DNA of 64,000 bases from a bacterium (lineage in GTDB: Bacteria; Acidobacteriota; Blastocatellia; HR10), in contig JBEPZV010000005.1 of the NCBI GenBank assembly GCA_041640655.1, positions 32,001 to 96,000 on the forward strand, written 5' to 3'. Each line of letters opens with the position of its first letter. Within the stretch, counting starts at the first letter, position 1. Below the pieces are notes generated by a model. The model had not been told where the DNA came from. It did not search any database and worked only from the letters and a program-made list of their open reading frames with translations. Below, one piece after another: positions 62,001 to 64,000 of this stretch. The translations under genes and the position numbers were made by a program.

Positions 62001-63407
62001 GATCCCGATCCTTCGGGTCGCGGTGAGGGGAGAGTTTTTCTCGGCAGCACGCGCGCCGACAATCGCGGGGATTTCTCTCTCACGCTCTCGGGCCGATCGC
62101 GCGGTGAGCCGATCACGTGCACGGCCACCGATTTTCGCGATGATACCTCGGAGTTCGCCGAGAACTTCATCATCGGCGAAGGCGTGCTCAGCGTGCGCGT
62201 CCTTCGGCCAAATGGCGGTGAGATCCTGCTCGGCGGGACCACGTTCACCATTCAGTGGGAAGCCGGAGGCGGTGTCGTCGCGCAGGAGATCGCCCTCTCG
62301 CTCGATGGGGGGGCGACATTCCCGATCGTGGTCGCCGCGGGATTGGCGGCCGACGTTCGCGCCTTCGAGTGGACGGTCCCAGCGACGGTCTCGACCATGC
62401 GCGGACGCATTCGCGTGACAGTGCAGAACGTGCAAGGACGCCGAGCGTTCGACCAAAGCGATGGGGACTTCATCATTGATTCGCAGGCGCCAGTGGTGCG
62501 GGTGGTGTCGCCGAATGGGCGCGAAGTCTTCCGAGGAGGTGATGTTTTCGAAATTCAGTGGCGGGCGTCGGACGACACGCGCCTTGTGCAGCAGGTGGTA
62601 CAGTTGTCGACGGATGGGGGGCGGACGTACACGGACATTGTGACGTTGGAGGGGGATGATCCGCAGGTCTTCCGGTGGAAGGTGCCGCTGACGCTCGTCA
62701 CGCAGAATGGGCGCATCCGCGTCATCGTCCAGGACGTCGCCGGAAAGGTGAGTCAGGATGCGAGCGATGCGGACTTCTCTGTCCTGCCCGTGGAGAATGA
62801 GCCGCCATTTGTGCGCGTGCTCAGTCCCAATGGCGGGGAGATCGTGTGCGCCGGGACGCCCTTCCGAATCCTCTGGGAGGTGGCGGACAACACGGCCGTT
62901 CAGTTCCAGGATATCTTGCTCTCGACCAATGGCGGGGCGAGGTTCAATCCGATCGTGGAGCGGCTGCCGGGGACAGCGCAGTCCTTCGACTGGAACATCC
63001 GCGCCGGATTGTCCACGACGCAAGCGCTCATCGCCGTGAGGGTGAGAGATTACGCGGGCAACGTCACGCTGGACATGAGCGATGAGCTCTTCGCCATTGA
63101 CGGCGTGAGCCCGACCATCAGCGGGTTGACCGTGGGGACGGGATCGGCCTTCGTGGGCGGTGAGCGCGTGGTGATCTCCTGGACTTCTTCCGACGATGTG
63201 CAGCTCGCGGCTCATGTCATCGAGCTGTCGCGCGACGATGGCGCGACATGGGAGCTGGTAGCGAGTCTATCCGGGAGCGCGTCGCAATTCGTCTGGACGG
63301 TCCCGCGGGGCATCCGAACGTTGAATGGGCGCATCCGCGTGACTGCGCGTGATACCTGTGGTCGGACGGCGCAGGCCGTGAGCGGGCGCTTCTCGATCGT
63401 CTGGTGA
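59037..63407 (+). CDS. Large secreted surface protein: FG-GAP propeller, CSLREA, parallel beta-helix and four Ig-like repeats
   Basis: GDFNGDG.PD repeats; VSLREAI; repeated GNYIGV/NVISGN beta-helix coils; four ~100-aa repeats (VRVLSPNGGE...LSxDGG...RIRV). Confidence 0.85.
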   Translation: MRAVGSWRVRSLGVVILALFAIFSALIVHHIGASSQSRERWPSHIGILAQGRGGPELTVQNGRNLPEDPPGGGGRFGASWPTRLARGDFNGDGFQDLLISYARVGGGELVLRLGNGQGDFTTPLRIPLTGQEPSALLVEDFNQDGLPDVAVGYTDQLEVSIYLGTGRGTFQWAEDVRLGLAVSGLASGDFNGDGVPDLLVSSSDAPFLGLLLNDGRGGFQPSRFFSLSADGSVFALGDIRVADMDADGRLDAIVLYRGETPGVAVLYGMGEGKFAYPQLLPVGVAPEGLTVGDFDQDARMDIAVTDAAGGSVFVLRGAGDRSFSSPVSFHAGTWPVQLAIANLNNDGYPDLAVVDRGSNRIVILLGNARGAFDRSVSYDVDGPPVAIVAGRFRHVALDDLVVAKQSGATVAIALNAPPTIVVTTTADEVRQDGRVSLREAILAANGNPPNSDVPSGRGNAPDVIGFDLPEAEKSGGVFVIRVSAQRGPLPPLTDGGTTIDGTMQRGFAGTPLIVLDGSEAGSVDGLTIASSLNVVRGLVISRFGGHGVRIVGSDAPVTGNIIAGCYIGTDASGQQAWGNGLAGVQLFGDGVSNTLIGGTAAADRNVISGNGGDGIEVRGLARNTQIVGNYIGVAADGRTPLPNGGSGIFIAGADNVTVGGTASGAGNVISGNLRHGLQARGSTGLRIQGNFIGVEARGASAVKNGGDGISLVEVINAQIGGVSSSARNVIAGNDGHGVMLLRSSANKVQGNYIGVDAEGRQALGNGGAGIQVDLNSPNNLIGGIVEGAGNVISGNRGSGIFIAPSSLGAQIFGNRIGVNATGRAALGNGGDGITVNGGGNHQIGGDDSIARNVIGGNAGEGVRLLNAVDTRLVGNVIGVDAGGTIPLPNGGSGVLILSTEGSASRNAVLRNVIAYNRGAGVRILGSGSGNRLSQNSFFQNEGLGIDRGGQGIVPQITAVTENGDGTVTVRGTFPAPAPAGAVIEVYLADPDPSGRGEGRVFLGSTRADNRGDFSLTLSGRSRGEPITCTATDFRDDTSEFAENFIIGEGVLSVRVLRPNGGEILLGGTTFTIQWEAGGGVVAQEIALSLDGGATFPIVVAAGLAADVRAFEWTVPATVSTMRGRIRVTVQNVQGRRAFDQSDGDFIIDSQAPVVRVVSPNGREVFRGGDVFEIQWRASDDTRLVQQVVQLSTDGGRTYTDIVTLEGDDPQVFRWKVPLTLVTQNGRIRVIVQDVAGKVSQDASDADFSVLPVENEPPFVRVLSPNGGEIVCAGTPFRILWEVADNTAVQFQDILLSTNGGARFNPIVERLPGTAQSFDWNIRAGLSTTQALIAVRVRDYAGNVTLDMSDELFAIDGVSPTISGLTVGTGSAFVGGERVVISWTSSDDVQLAAHVIELSRDDGATWELVASLSGSASQFVWTVPRGIRTLNGRIRVTARDTCGRTAQAVSGRFSIVW

Positions 63408-63418
63408 ATGAGGTTAGT

Positions 63419-63456
63419 GAATAGGGGCGGGGGGGCTTTCGACCCCCGCCCTGTTC
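63419..63456. terminator. Hairpin between convergent genes (possible bidirectional terminator)
   Basis: GGGCGGGGG...CCCCCGCCC stem between the stop at 63407 and the stop at 63470. Confidence 0.55.
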
Positions 63457-63469
63457 GTGAGGATGCTGC

Positions 63470-64000
63470 TCAAGCACTGCGCAGAATCTCGCGCGCGATG
63501 ATGAGGCGTTGAATCTCGCTTGTCCCTTCGCCGATGGTCAGCAGTTTCGCATCCCGCCAGAATTTCTCCACCGGATACTCCCGGATGTAGCCGTATCCCC
63601 CGAAGATCTGAATCGCCTCCTCGCAGACGCGGACGGCCATCTCCGAGGCGAAGAGCTTGGCCATCGAAGCTTCCCGGGTGACGCGATGTCCGCGCGCCTT
63701 CCGTTCGGCCGCGTGGTAGGTGAGCAGGCGCGCGGCCTCGATCGCCGTCGCCATATCGGCGAGCTTGAACTGGATCGCCTGAAATTCGGCGATGGGCTTG
63801 CCAAATGCCCAGCGCTCTCGCGCATATCGAAGGGCGGCCTCGTAGGCCCCTTGCGCGAGGCCAACGGCGAGAGCGGCGATGGTGATCCGCCCTCCATCGA
63901 GTACGCGCAAGGCATCCACGAATCCCATGTGCAGTTCCCCGAGGAGGTTCTCCTCGGGAACGGGGCATTCTTCCAAGAGCACCTGCGCCGTGTCGCTGGC
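63470..64000 (-). CDS. Acyl-CoA dehydrogenase, C-terminal part (truncated by the window edge)
   Basis: [50 protein letters not shown]. Confidence 0.94.
   Translation of the reverse strand, partial: ASDTAQVLLEECPVPEENLLGELHMGFVDALRVLDGGRITIAALAVGLAQGAYEAALRYARERWAFGKPIAEFQAIQFKLADMATAIEAARLLTYHAAERKARGHRVTREASMAKLFASEMAVRVCEEAIQIFGGYGYIREYPVEKFWRDAKLLTIGEGTSEIQRLIIAREILRSA

Overview
High-GC bacterial chromosomal window with dense coding. The gene content suggests a diderm, possibly Acidobacteriota/Blastocatellia-like organism; this is inference only. Most of the window is housekeeping: carB, an MltD-like LysM transglycosylase, an M16 peptidase pair, uvrC, rnpB, tRNA-Arg/tRNA-Pro, rsmA, ribD, radA-PIN/TRAM-ispD-ispF, a nucleoside salvage cluster, Hsp20/GrpE and an acyl-CoA dehydrogenase. 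I found no integrase, transposase or CRISPR array. Main highlights: (1) An unannotated 76-aa glutaredoxin-like gene (1855-2085, minus) has two in-frame UGA codons (UxxT and C-terminal U-G-V-stop), each followed after exactly 11 nt by a SECIS-like hairpin. It is a candidate double-selenocysteine protein. (2) A tightly coupled 7-gene minus-strand operon (31.6-44.6 kb) encodes a hybrid kinase, a giant membrane-anchored HEAT protein, an unannotated 44-aa TM peptide, a GT-C-like transferase, a TPR/beta-barrel exporter, a DPPR-synthase-type UbiA and a processive GT2. It looks like a synthase-dependent exopolysaccharide system with pentose decoration. (3) Three sigma-54 promoters within 1.5 kb drive Hsp20-grpE, an orphan MreB paralog and a small secreted protein. 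(4) A PanC homolog has degenerate catalytic motifs. (5) A Tat-exported metallophosphoesterase is paired with a SoxA/TsdA-like cytochrome c. (6) A decayed ArnC-like GT2 remnant sits in the wecE leader. Functional calls come from motif recognition by eye; no database search was run.
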